From assembly GCA_965112155.1 (NCBI GenBank), contig OZ218100.1: DNA of 64,000 nt. One strand, 5' to 3'. Positions 39,398-50,867 of the stretch are shown here, piece after piece. The DNA comes from Podarcis liolepis (Eukaryota). The notes under the pieces are model-generated. The model did not search any database. It saw nothing but the letters and a program-made list of their open reading frames with translations, and was not told where the DNA came from. A program made the translations under genes and the position numbers. Position 1 is the stretch's first letter. Each line of letters starts with the position of its first letter.

Positions 39398-42300
39398 CAG
39401 ATCTTGCATAAATAAAACTCTCATTATGTACTTAAAATCAATTCCGCAGCATAAGGCCAGGATGCCATTTAGAAACTAGAAACTAATCAGGTATTTCACC
39501 CAGAAAAATACTGTCAGAGCTGCTTGAAGATCCTAGCTCACAGAGGATCACGCTAGTCAGCGGTCATTAAGTAAAAGTCTTTATTGAATTACAGTTTCCA
39601 TTCTCACGCTGCTGCGCGCAACTCTACGCCTAGTGGCTAGGTCGGCGAAGCTCCGTCTGAGTCTCCGCCCTGTGTGCACCAACTTAATATCCTAGCCTTG
39701 CTCCACCTTTTCCTCCTGACTGTCCTCCTCTGGGTCCCTCTACCCCCCGGGGCTTCTTCCTTCCGGGATTCTTCTGACGCTGACCCAGACCCTCCTGCCT
39801 CCTTGCGCCGGGCTTTAGGACCTGGTTCCCTTTCGGGGCTGCTTACTGCGCCGCCTTCCTCTGCATTTGAACTTGGCGCGCGCGCCCAACCTTCCACTTT
39901 CCTCTCAACCGTTTCTTCACTCCCCGATGGAGGTGTGGCCACTCCCGACTCATGTCCTCCCTCCTGTGGAGGTGTGGCCACTCCTGACTCATGTCCTCCC
40001 TCCTGTGGTGAGCTGCCAGCGCTTCCCCCCTGGCTCCCTTCCTCTTCCCTGCTTCCTGGCGGTGACGCTGGTCCCGATTTCCAGCTGCTCCCCCCTGAGT
40101 CCTCTCTGGCTCTGTCTTCCTGGGGTGCCCCCCTAGACTCCCCCCTTGCCCTCGCCACTGGTGCTCCTTTCTGTGAATCCTCTGATTCACTGGAAAGACT
40201 AGGAGATCTCGGGTCGTCGTCATCACTCATCTTTTCTTCTGCCTCCTCCCCTTCACTCTCTGTTTCCTCCCTTGCCCGTGCTTCTGCTCCTAAACCCCTG
40301 ACATCCATCCCCCCCTCGAAGCCCCCCATTCCCCCCTCCCCTCCTTCCGGTGCTGGAGCTGGGGGCTGCTGTTGCAAAGGGACGAACGTCGGATATCGGT
40401 CGCTTCCCGTGTCAGGTCTCCATCTGAAGTCTCCCGGGTCTTCCTCCCTGCTCTCGTCGACGACAGTCACCTCCGCTTCCATCTCTGTGCCGCCGTGCTC
40501 GAAACCAGGGTCGTCCCCGAAAACGTCCATGTCCGTCTCTCCCTCACTCCCTCCTGTCGGTGTTGCTCGTCCTGGGCCTTCCAGCCATCGTCTGCGCCAC
40601 TGCTCCTCTGGTCTATCGTCCCACCAATACGAGGGTTCTGATGCAGATCCCGAGGGTGACCCCTCCGGGGAACGGACGTCTCGTGTCGGTTCCTCGTCCG
40701 AGTCGAACCCCCGGAACGTGCTGGCCGAAAGCGTGGGCGTGAAAAGCCAGTCGTCGAAAAAGTCTGCTGGCATAGGTCTATGTGGGAAGAGGGCATGAAA
40801 CTCGTCTTTGAGCAGAGGTTCGTCTAAGGCGTAGCCCGGCACCCAGCTGTTCGCACTGGCCGGGGTGCCCTCCTTGGCGAGAAAGTATTCTACCCCCTCT
40901 TCCCCCCATCTGGAGTCCAAAATCTCAGTGACTTCGTTGATGCGCTCCTTCTGTGCCACTCCCGCGTGCCCTGTTCTGTCTCTGGCCGGACTCGGCACCG
41001 TTCCGGGTTCCTGGAACCTGTGCGGTGCCTTATAGGGAGTGAGCACCGATCTGTGGAATACCGGATGCATTCTGGAACCCTCCGGAAGCGCCAGTCTGAA
41101 AGCTACCGGGTTGACCTGCTCTTCGACTTGGTAGGGCCCCAGTTGTTTATGCCCTAGTTTCTTCTTGGCCAACGACCTGGCCGGCACTGCGTGGGCTGCT
41201 AACCAAACCCAGTCTCCCACGTGGAGCTCTTCTCCAACCCTCCTGTGCTTGTCTGCTTGTACCTTGTATGCGTGCTTGGCCAGCTCCAGGTGGCGCCTCA
41301 GCTGATCGTGGACTTCCTGCAGCTCCGACGCGAACGCATCTGCTGTCTGCGGCTCCCCCTCCCCCATTCTTTCCAGTCCCGGGAAGGTTCTGGGGTGCCT
41401 CCCGTTGTTGGCGAAGAACGGCGTGACCCCCGTGGACACGTGCTTCGTGTTGTTGTAGGCGAACTCGGCAAGCGGCAGGTAATCCACCCACGTCGCAGGC
41501 TGTTGATTTGCATAACATCTCAGGTACTGCTGCATGATGGCATTGACCCGCTCTGCCTGCCCGTTGGTCTGCGGGTGTCTCGCCGACGCCAGGTTGATCT
41601 TGACGTTCAGGAAGCCCATCAGCTTCTGCCAGAAATTCGAGATGAACTGCCGCCCCCGGTCGGACAGAATAGACCGTGGCAGACCGTGAACCTTGAACAC
41701 GTGGTCTATGAACAGTTTGGCGGTTTGCTCCGCCGTGGCCACCTTAGCACACGGAATGAAATGCGCCATCTTGGAAAACAGGTCCACCACCACCAGCACT
41801 GCCGTCTTGCCCCTTGAGCTGGGCAGATCCGTGACAAAGTCCAGGGCCACCCTTTCCCAAGGTTCGACCGGAGTTTGCAGCGGTTCCAACAGTCCGGCCG
41901 GCGGTTTGTGCACTGGTTTGGCCCTCTGGCAGGTGTCACACCTCGCCACGTAGTCTGCGACCTCCCCTCTCATTCCAGGCCACCAGAAATCCCTGGCTAC
42001 TAATTCCACCGTCTTCTCCTTGCCAAAGTGCCCGGCCGTGGGCGCGTCGTGCAGCTGCTGCAGCACCTTGGCTCGAAGTTCGTCTCCCGGCACGTAGATG
42101 GCCCCTTTACGGATGAGCAATCCATCTCTTAGCTGGAAACCGTCGGCCGCTGCCTTGCCCCTTTGCACCTCTGCCATCTTTGCTTGTGCGAAGGAGTCCC
42201 CCTGCAACGCTCGTCGCACCGCCTCTAGGTCCACGGTCGCCGCGGCGCACGCCCACACTGTTGGTGCGAAGATGTGCATGGCGGCCGCTGGTGTTGCGTC

Positions 42301-45300
42301 CTCCAGATACTGTGGCTTACGGGAGAGAGCGTCTGCCATGATGTTGGTGTCCCCCGGGACATACTCTATTCGGAAGTCGAAGTTTGCAAAGAACTCAGCC
42401 CAACGTATCTGCCTCTGGTTCAGGAACTGTGCCGTGCGCCAGTGCTCTAGATTCTTGTGGTCCGTGCAAACCTGCACCGTGTGCTTGGCGCCGATCAGAA
42501 AGTGCCTCCACGCCTTGAACGCTGCGTGAATGGCCAGCAACTCCCTGTCCCAGATGGTGTAGTTCTGTTCGGACTTGCTGAGCTTCCTGGAGTAAAACGC
42601 TCCCGGTCGCCACACCCCCTGCGGGTCTTTCTGCAGCAGGACCGCCCCCACGGCTCTGTCCGAGGCGTCTGTCTCCACCCTCATCGGCTTGCTGGGGTTG
42701 ACATGAAGCAGCTGCTCTTCCGACGCGAAGAGACGCTTGAGTGCCTGAAAGGACTGCTCCGCCTGCTCTGTCCAAACGAACTTCTTTTTCTTGGAGCTAA
42801 GCGTGTCAGTGATGGCCGCTGTCTGCATAGCGAAGCCCTTGATAAACTTGCGATAGAAGTTCGCAAAGCCGACAAACCGTTGGACCTCCTTCCGGTTGCG
42901 CGGACTCTTCCAATCCAACACCGCTCGAACCTTGGCGCTGTCCATGGCGAGCCCCTTGTCAGACAGCTTGTAGCCCAGAAAATCCACCTCCGGCACGTCA
43001 AATTGGCACTTCTCCAGCTTGGCGTAGAGCCTATGTTGCTTTAGCCTGCTCAGCACTTCCTTGACGTGTCCGTCATGCTCCTGCCGCGACTCCGAAAAGA
43101 TCAGGATGTCATCTAAGAAACAGACGCACGTCTTGTAGAGAAGCCCTGCCAACACGTGATGCATAAACGCTTGAAAAACGTGGGAGCCATTTTGCAATCC
43201 AAAAGGCATAACTCTATATTCGTAGGTCCCCAGTGGCGTGAACATGGCTGTCTTCCACTCATCTCCTTCCCGCATGCGAATGAGGTTGTACGCCCCCCGC
43301 AGGTCCAGCTTGGTGAACACTCTGCCCTTCCGTACCTTTGCGAGGAGGTCGTCAATACGGGGCATGGGGAAGTCCGATGGCCTAGTCAGACTGTTCAAAA
43401 TCCTGTAATCCACTACCAGTCTTTTTTGGGGCGTGTTCCGCTTCTTAACAAAGAATACGGGACTGCCCCCCACTGCCCTGGACTCCCGGATGAAGCCGCG
43501 TTGCAAATTATGATCAATGAACGCCTTGAGTTCTTGCAGTTCGTCCTCTGACATGGAATACAGTTTCCCTTTAGGCAGCGCCGCCCCCGGCAGCAGGTCA
43601 ATTTTGCAGTCATATGGTCTGTGAGGGGGTAGCCTGTCTGCCTCCTTCTCGCAGAAAACTTCCAAAAATTCAGCGTACTTGTGGGGAATCGCTTGCAGCG
43701 TGCCTAGCAGCAGCTGTGACTCCTCTTCTTCTCCTTCCTGCCTGGGCACGATGCAGTGTTCAGCACAAAAGGAAGAGCCGAAGGTCAGCTGCCTCTGGTA
43801 CCAAGCCATCGCTGGGCTGTGCTTGTCCAGCCAACTCATGCCCAATACAATGGGCGTGTCAGATAGTTGAGTGACGTTGAAGCTGATGATTTCTCTGTGA
43901 TTCCCAAGTCGCATCACCATTGGTGGCGTCTGCTTCACCACTTGCCCCCCGAGCAGCTCCCTGCCATCCACCGTGACAACCTGCAGGGGCAGTGTGGCCG
44001 GCAGCAACTGCACAGCGTGCCTGTCGACAAAGTCCTGCCCTATAAAGTCCGCATTGCTGCCTGAGTCAATGGTGATTGGTACGTCCATGGTGATTCCATT
44101 GGGCAGCTGGAGAGACGCTGTGAGCCTCACTACTGGTTTGGGCGGGAGGGGGTTCACGGGCTGTAAAATCTCTGGGGACTGCGTCACTAACACGTCTGGC
44201 TGGGCCCCAGTGCCTCTTCCTCCAGCCAGACAGCCTCGTTTCCCTGCTGTGGTCCTCCTTGCTGTGTTGCTGCAGTCACCATTGCTGAGGCTGCAGTGAG
44301 CTTGTGGGGCCTCTGGGGACACTCTTTCGCCATATGCCCTGGCTCCTCACAGACGTAACACTTCCTGTTCCCTCTAGGAGGCTTCGCTTTCACTGCTGCC
44401 GGTGCTAGGGCTCTGGCTGCTGACTGAGCCCTTGCACCTCCCACCTCCATAGGTTCGGTTCCTCCTCCTGGCGGAGGCGTGGATTGCGCCCGCGCTGCTT
44501 CCCTGGGAAAGAAGGAGGGGCCCCCGGCTGGTTCGCGCCCTCCACGCCCTTCGTCCCTGTTCCACGGACGTCCTTCCAGCCTCACCCCCACTGCCAGTGC
44601 CCTCTGCACGACCTCCTGGGTGGTTCGGGGTCTCTCCCCCCTCGCTATCTCATCTTTAATCGAGTTGTGCAGCCCCTCCCAAAAGAGGTCTCTTACAGGA
44701 GCCGAATCTCTGCCCCATTCCAGGGCACTGACCAAGGCGAAAAAGCGGGCATGATACTGCCTGACGCTGGCCCTCCCTTGTCTCAGCCCATGCACCTCCT
44801 TCCGTGCAAGATCCACGTCAATACTTGATAAAAAACACCCATCCATTGCTTTAATAAAGGCATCTGCATTCTGTAGCACCGGATCCTTATCTCTCCATAA
44901 ATTGCGTAGCCATGCTCTCGCATCCCCATGCAGATGGGACATGATGAACCCCACTCTCTCTTGTTCATCTCTAAAGTCTTTATGCAGCAGTTGCAGTGCG
45001 CACAGTACGTCGGCTCTAAAGTTGGGATACTGTTGCAGGTTCCCATCGAAGTGAGAGACCAGCCCGCCTGTCCGTCTCGCCAACCCAATTCCCTCCTGCC
45101 GGGGTGTCTGCTTTGTCAGCACGTCTAACCTGACCTGGAGATCCCTGCAGGCTGCGGCTGCCTCCTCCTCTCTCTTCCTGGATGCGAGAGCCTCGGCGTT
45201 CAGTTGTGCCACCGCGTTTCTGAGTTCCTCTATCTGCTGCTCAGCCGTCATGTCGTCTGCCGTTCGTGAGCTCGCTAGTAGGCACCTGTGTCTCTCCCCT

Positions 45301-48300
45301 CCTCGAGGCTGTAGATGCCCACAAGTGGAGACGGAGCTTACTGTCAGAGCTGCTTGAAGATCCTAGCTCACAGAGGATCACGCTAGTCAGCGGTCATTAA
45401 GTAAAAGTCTTTATTGAATTACAGTTTCCATTCTCACGCTGCTGCGCGCAACTCTACGCCTAGTGGCTAGGTCGGCGAAGCTCCGTCTGAGTCTCCGCCC
45501 TGTGTGCACCAACTTAATATCCTAGCCTTGCTCCACCTTTTCCTCCTGACTGTCCTCCTCTGGGTCCCTCTACCCCCCGGGGCTTCTTCCTTCCGGGATT
45601 CTTCTGACGCTGACCCAGACCCTCCTGCCTCCTTGCGCCGGGCTTTAGGACCTGGTTCCCTTTCGGGGCTGCTTACTGCGCCGCCTTCCTCTGCATTTGA
45701 ACTTGGCGCGCGCGCCCAACCTTCCACTTTCCTCTCAACCGTTTCTTCACTCCCCGATGGAGGTGTGGCCACTCCCGACTCATGTCCTCCCTCCTGTGGA
45801 GGTGTGGCCACTCCTGACTCATGTCCTCCCTCCTGTGGTGAGCTGCCAGCGCTTCCCCCCTGGCTCCCTTCCTCTTCCCTGCTTCCTGGCGGTGACGCTG
45901 GTCCCGATTTCCAGCTGCTCCCCCCTGAGTCCTCTCTGGCTCTGTCTTCCTGGGGTGCCCCCCTAGACTCCCCCCTTGCCCTCGCCACTGGTGCTCCTTT
46001 CTGTGAATCCTCTGATTCACTGGAAAGACTAGGAGATCTCGGGTCGTCGTCATCACTCATCTTTTCTTCTGCCTCCTCCCCTTCACTCTCTGTTTCCTCC
46101 CTTGCCCGTGCTTCTGCTCCTAAACCCCTGACAAATACTTTCCCCTGGAGTGATGATAGAATCATAGAATTGCAGAATTGGAAGGAGACCCGGGGGTTAT
46201 CTAGTCCAGCCTCGTGCAGTGCAAGAATCTCAGCTAAAGCATCCATGCTAGATGGCCACCCAAAGTCTGCTTAAAAACTTCCAATGAAAGAAAGTCCACC
46301 AAAACATGGAGCTCACAAGCTCTCTCTTTTCCTTCAGTTTTCTCACTGACTGCCAGGTTTGCAGCAAACCATAGTTTGCTATTGTATCCAAACCAGACAA
46401 ACTGGGAACACACTACAGTTTGCCTTTAAACCAGAATTGGAAGCCACATTCAAACCAGGGGTGGCTTGCATGGCCCAAAGGATGGAGAAACCATTATTTG
46501 GCATTACATTATTTTGCCCACGATCTGCATATTTTAAAATTTGTCTGCATAGTTTGTCTGAGCTACAAATTTGCAATCCGTTTATAAATAGCTGACCTTT
46601 TAAGGAATCCAAAGCTCTGTACAAGTGGAGTTCTAAATATATTAATCAAGCTACCTATACTTCCCATAATGTCTGCATAGGTAGGTACATGTTGGATATG
46701 TGCTATGTTACACTTATCCTCAACTGTTCTAGTATCCTCCTTTCTCCATTTGTAACACCAAGCAGAAGTCTTGGTTCATGATAGATTCTAGCCTAATCTA
46801 CATAGCGTTGTTTTATTATCTCCCCCTTCTGTGTGCTTTGTAAACACAACTCATTTTTAGGTTTAAGTTCTGGTTACTGTTTTCTAAAAGTCTGCTGGCT
46901 TGACATAGTGTCCTGGCTTGTGCCATGGTCTGTATAGATTAATTGTGATTTATTTGTATGTTTGAACCCACATCAGCCAATGGTTTGTGGCCAGCAAAGC
47001 AGAATGTGAAACCATGGCTTGAAATTGGTTTAATGAATCTCTGCTTGCATCAACCATGGTTTTTTGTTATGTCCAAACCCAATGTCCTGTTTAATTCTTA
47101 CATAGTTCCAGAAATGCAAAGCAAAAGCAGCTAGAAAATTAAACTAACATGATGCAAAACAAGGCACAGTTACTCTGCTGGTCAACATACCACAGTTAAA
47201 ACAAGCTGTGGCTTAGCGTTATGTCTGAACACAGCCTTTTCCTAAGGTTTGCACGCATGTAAACAGCCTCACTGTCATGTTTCTGTAGTGTTTATGTCAA
47301 GTACTACAGGTTTTTTCCCCCTCCCCTGTGGATCTACAGTTCTGTTACCAAAGAAGATCAGGAAAAAGAGAGCCCTGACCAACCAAGTCCTGCCCCAACA
47401 GATGAACCTTCTGAAGCCCTAAACACTCCAGAAAGTGAGAGCTACAAAGAGAATCACACCAGTGACTCTGATTCAGATGGGCCAATACTCTACACAGATG
47501 ATGATGATGAAGATGATGATGATGGTAGTGAAAGTAAGCCATTAAGCCATGTTTACAAGGGGGAGGGAAACATACTTGTTGAGCAGAGAATTATACCGCC
47601 TTGTCAGAAGAGTCAAGTTCCACTTTATTTGGGATCCTCCATCAAGTCAGACCGTTACCCAGGCAAACGTCTACGTAGTTAAGGAATACCACCTTGCTTA
47701 CTTCAGTTGTTGGAACTGCAGAGGTGATGGCACAGTACCAGTTGCAGCAGGATGTATGTGCAGGCGCATAAACCTTATAGTGTAGCACGCTATTATACCG
47801 TTATCGCAGGTTGAGGGACTGTGCTGATAGAGAGTGACTTGCAGCAGTCTTGCATTGTAGCATACTGCTAATGTTGAAGGTCAGAGATGTGGGGTGGGGA
47901 AGCTGGTTTATATTCCCAGACAAAAGTCCTCCAGATCTCTCTCAGGTTTCAGCAAAGATGTGTCTGCTGAAATTGCTCCTTTGGACCTCTTCCCAGGTCA
48001 AATCAGGTACTCCATTTCACACAGAAGCCTCATGCTCTGTGAACTTTCATTTAATCTAATTGCAATTTTACACATTTTTTAAAAATATTTTTTTTAATGA
48101 GCATGAAGAAAGACATGCCTGTGTGAGGCAGCTGCAGCCATCACCAACTTCATTTCCCCCAAATGTATCTGGGGGATACATATTCCCCCAAATATGTGGG
48201 CCAGAGGCATTTGGGGAAAGTTAACATTGTGGTGGCTGCAACTGCTTGGCCTAACACTTCTCCAGTACCAGGGTGCTTGGCAGCCCTTGCTTTTGCTGCC

Positions 48301-50822
48301 CTCCTGCAAGTTCATGGGCAGAAGCAACAAGGTGGTCAGGAGGTTGGAGCAGAGGACACTCGAACCAGGTGCTGGCCCAGAATAGGCACTCAAATTATAG
48401 TTTTTTCCACATATAGGTCATTTTGATACCAGGTTAATATGCCTGGGCCTTTACTGGCTCTTAGTGGTATCTGAGAATCCTATTAATTGCCTTTTCCTAA
48501 TGCTTTATTGGGGGACGCAGGTGGGGGTGGGGGTTAAACCACAGAGCCTAGGTCTTGCCGATCAGAAGGTCGGTGGTTCGAATCCCCACGACGGGATGAG
48601 CTCCTGTTGCTCGGTCCCTGCTCCTGCCAACCTAGCAGTTCGAAAGCACGTCAAAGTGCAAGTAGATAAATAGGTACCGCTCCAGTGGGAAGGTAAACGG
48701 CATTTCTGTGCGCTGCTCTGGTTCGCCAGAAGAGGCTTAGTCATGCTGGCCACATGATCCGGAAGCTGTACGCCAGCTCCCTCAGCCAGTAAAGCAAGAT
48801 GAGCGCCACAACCCCAGAGTCAGCCAGAACTGGACCTAATGGTCAGGGGTCCCTTTAATGCTTTATTGAGGGCTTTACTTGCTGATGTCCTGTCTATTTT
48901 ACAGTGTTATTTGTGTATTGTATCTTGTCTTTTAGTATTATCCTAGAAGACTATTTTGGCAAATGATGGGCATAAATATATCTTAAATAATAAATTAAGT
49001 ATACATGCCACTTAAATAAATCAATGTATGTAGGGGTCAAAGGGTTTTGATTTGTTCCATTTGTTTTTTGAGTACATATTATCATCATCCAGAAACTTGT
49101 TGTTCTGGATTTGTCTGAGACCACTGAAATAACTTTTTTTAAAAAAACAGTGTGATAAATACATAATAATAAATGCATGCTATATATTTGTTTAGAAATA
49201 ATTGCTTGTTGATTATTGTTGAGGACAATCTTTTTAAAAAATATGCAAATGTGTTAATGAGAGAACTGAAACTGTATTCTTACTATGCAGCAAGTTGCTA
49301 AAGCTGAGATTTTATATCAAGTTATTTCATAGGCACTGGGGAAAGTTTGTGAACTTTCTGACTGCGCCCTAGCAGGCAGGTTGTTATTTTCTAAGTTATT
49401 CAAATTCTTGTGGGCATGAAGTAAGTCAAAAGTCTTACTTTTGTCAGTAAGTCTTACTTGCTTCAGATGCTAATTAAAATTCCTCCATTGAAAGAATGCA
49501 AAGATAGAAGGTGTTCATGGGTTGCATTAAAAAGCTTTTTGCTGGGATTTGGAATGTTTAAGCCCAAATATGAATGAATCAATGAACCTCTCCCTCCCTT
49601 TATCCTCTTCTTCCATTCCATCCCAGGCTCTTTAGCAAGCAAAATACGCCGTAGGGATACTCTTGCAATCAAACTTGGCAACAGGCCATCGAAGAAAGAA
49701 CTGGAAGACAAAAACATCTTGCCAAGAACATCTGAAGAGGAGAGGCAGGAAATCAGACATCAGATTGGCACAAAGCTTGTGAGGTATCAGTTGTCATCTG
49801 AGCACATTTTGGGAGGTGGGAAGAGAGAATAGAGGCAGGTCTGGGGTCTGACCCAGATGTTTTCCTGTTCTGTGAGCTGAGGCATGTCCTAACATTATAA
49901 AATAAATCACACTTCATAATTATGAACCCACTACAGCTATGACACTTGATCTGACTTTATTTGTTTTCAGTAGAAGGAATTTGCTATTGTTCAACACTTC
50001 CCCACACAAAGCCGCAACAAAAATAATACAGCTGTTAATCACTGATATCTTGGTCGCATTCCCATCCTGCTTACTCATGTGTTTTGGATAGAAGCTAGGC
50101 CAAATACATAAAGCAAAACAAACAAATAGCATTTCAGGTATGAATCATTTTAACTGCAGGTGGTTGCTGCTTCGTTTTGTTATATGACAAGTACTTAGCT
50201 GGCTTGAAAAATCTGAACTTCAGACATCTTGTTGGGTAATTTTTCTGATCAACTCACATCTTACATTGATACAACTTTTATGTACTACTTCTGAAGTTAC
50301 TTGACATAAAAAGCATTTTGCTTTAACTGAGCATGTTTCTCTAAGCCTTTTGCCTGAAATCTAGCCTTTTATTTTCTTCTTGCATCATCTGAGCAGATTC
50401 CCTCATGCATTGCCAGAGGATGGTGAAAAAAATGAGTGTCTCCCACTATTACTTAATGGATTATTTGCTTTATGATATTGAGGATTGTTTTTGAACAATC
50501 AAGCAGTTATATACATTTTATGAAATAAAAAAATTCAGATACATAGCTGATCTTGTGAAAGGTTAAATGTGACTTGATAAGCATTTATTTCCAAACCCAT
50601 GTTAACCCCATTCAGCAACACATTTGATACAGCCACCATTAGTATAAACTGGCATTTGAAATTTTTGGTTTGAAAATAAATGTAGCTGTTGCATTTCAGT
50701 TCTCTGTCTTAGTGACTGAAAATCTGCATTATTTTCCTTTTTTTCCCTTTTTTGCAGGAGGCTTAGCCAGAGGCCTACTTCAGAAGAACTAGAACAGAGA
50801 AACATCCTAAGACGTAAGCAAA

Positions 50823-50867
<45 letters not shown>

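Larger units (their letters stand above)
39512..46133 (-). mobile_element. Full-length Ty3/gypsy chromoviral LTR retrotransposon (Tf1/sushi-like), 6622 bp
   Basis: Two 792-bp LTRs with TGTCAG...CTGACA ends; TSD AATAC at 39507-39511 and 46134-46138; intact gag and pol in the order PR-RT-RH-IN-chromodomain. Confidence 0.97.

Noticed and set aside
40304-40790. Possible env-like third ORF in the LTR element
   Set aside because: There is no separate ORF; the region is in frame with pol and has no transmembrane or fusion-protein features.
45467-46246. 259-aa ATG ORF running from host flank into the 5' LTR
   Set aside because: It is the LTR copy of the Pol tail joined by chance to an ATG in flanking repeat-derived DNA, and it lies upstream of the predicted LTR TSS; no evidence for a transcript.
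45504-46274. 256-aa + strand ORF
   Set aside because: Duplicate of the antisense LTR frame, GTG start; not an independent gene.
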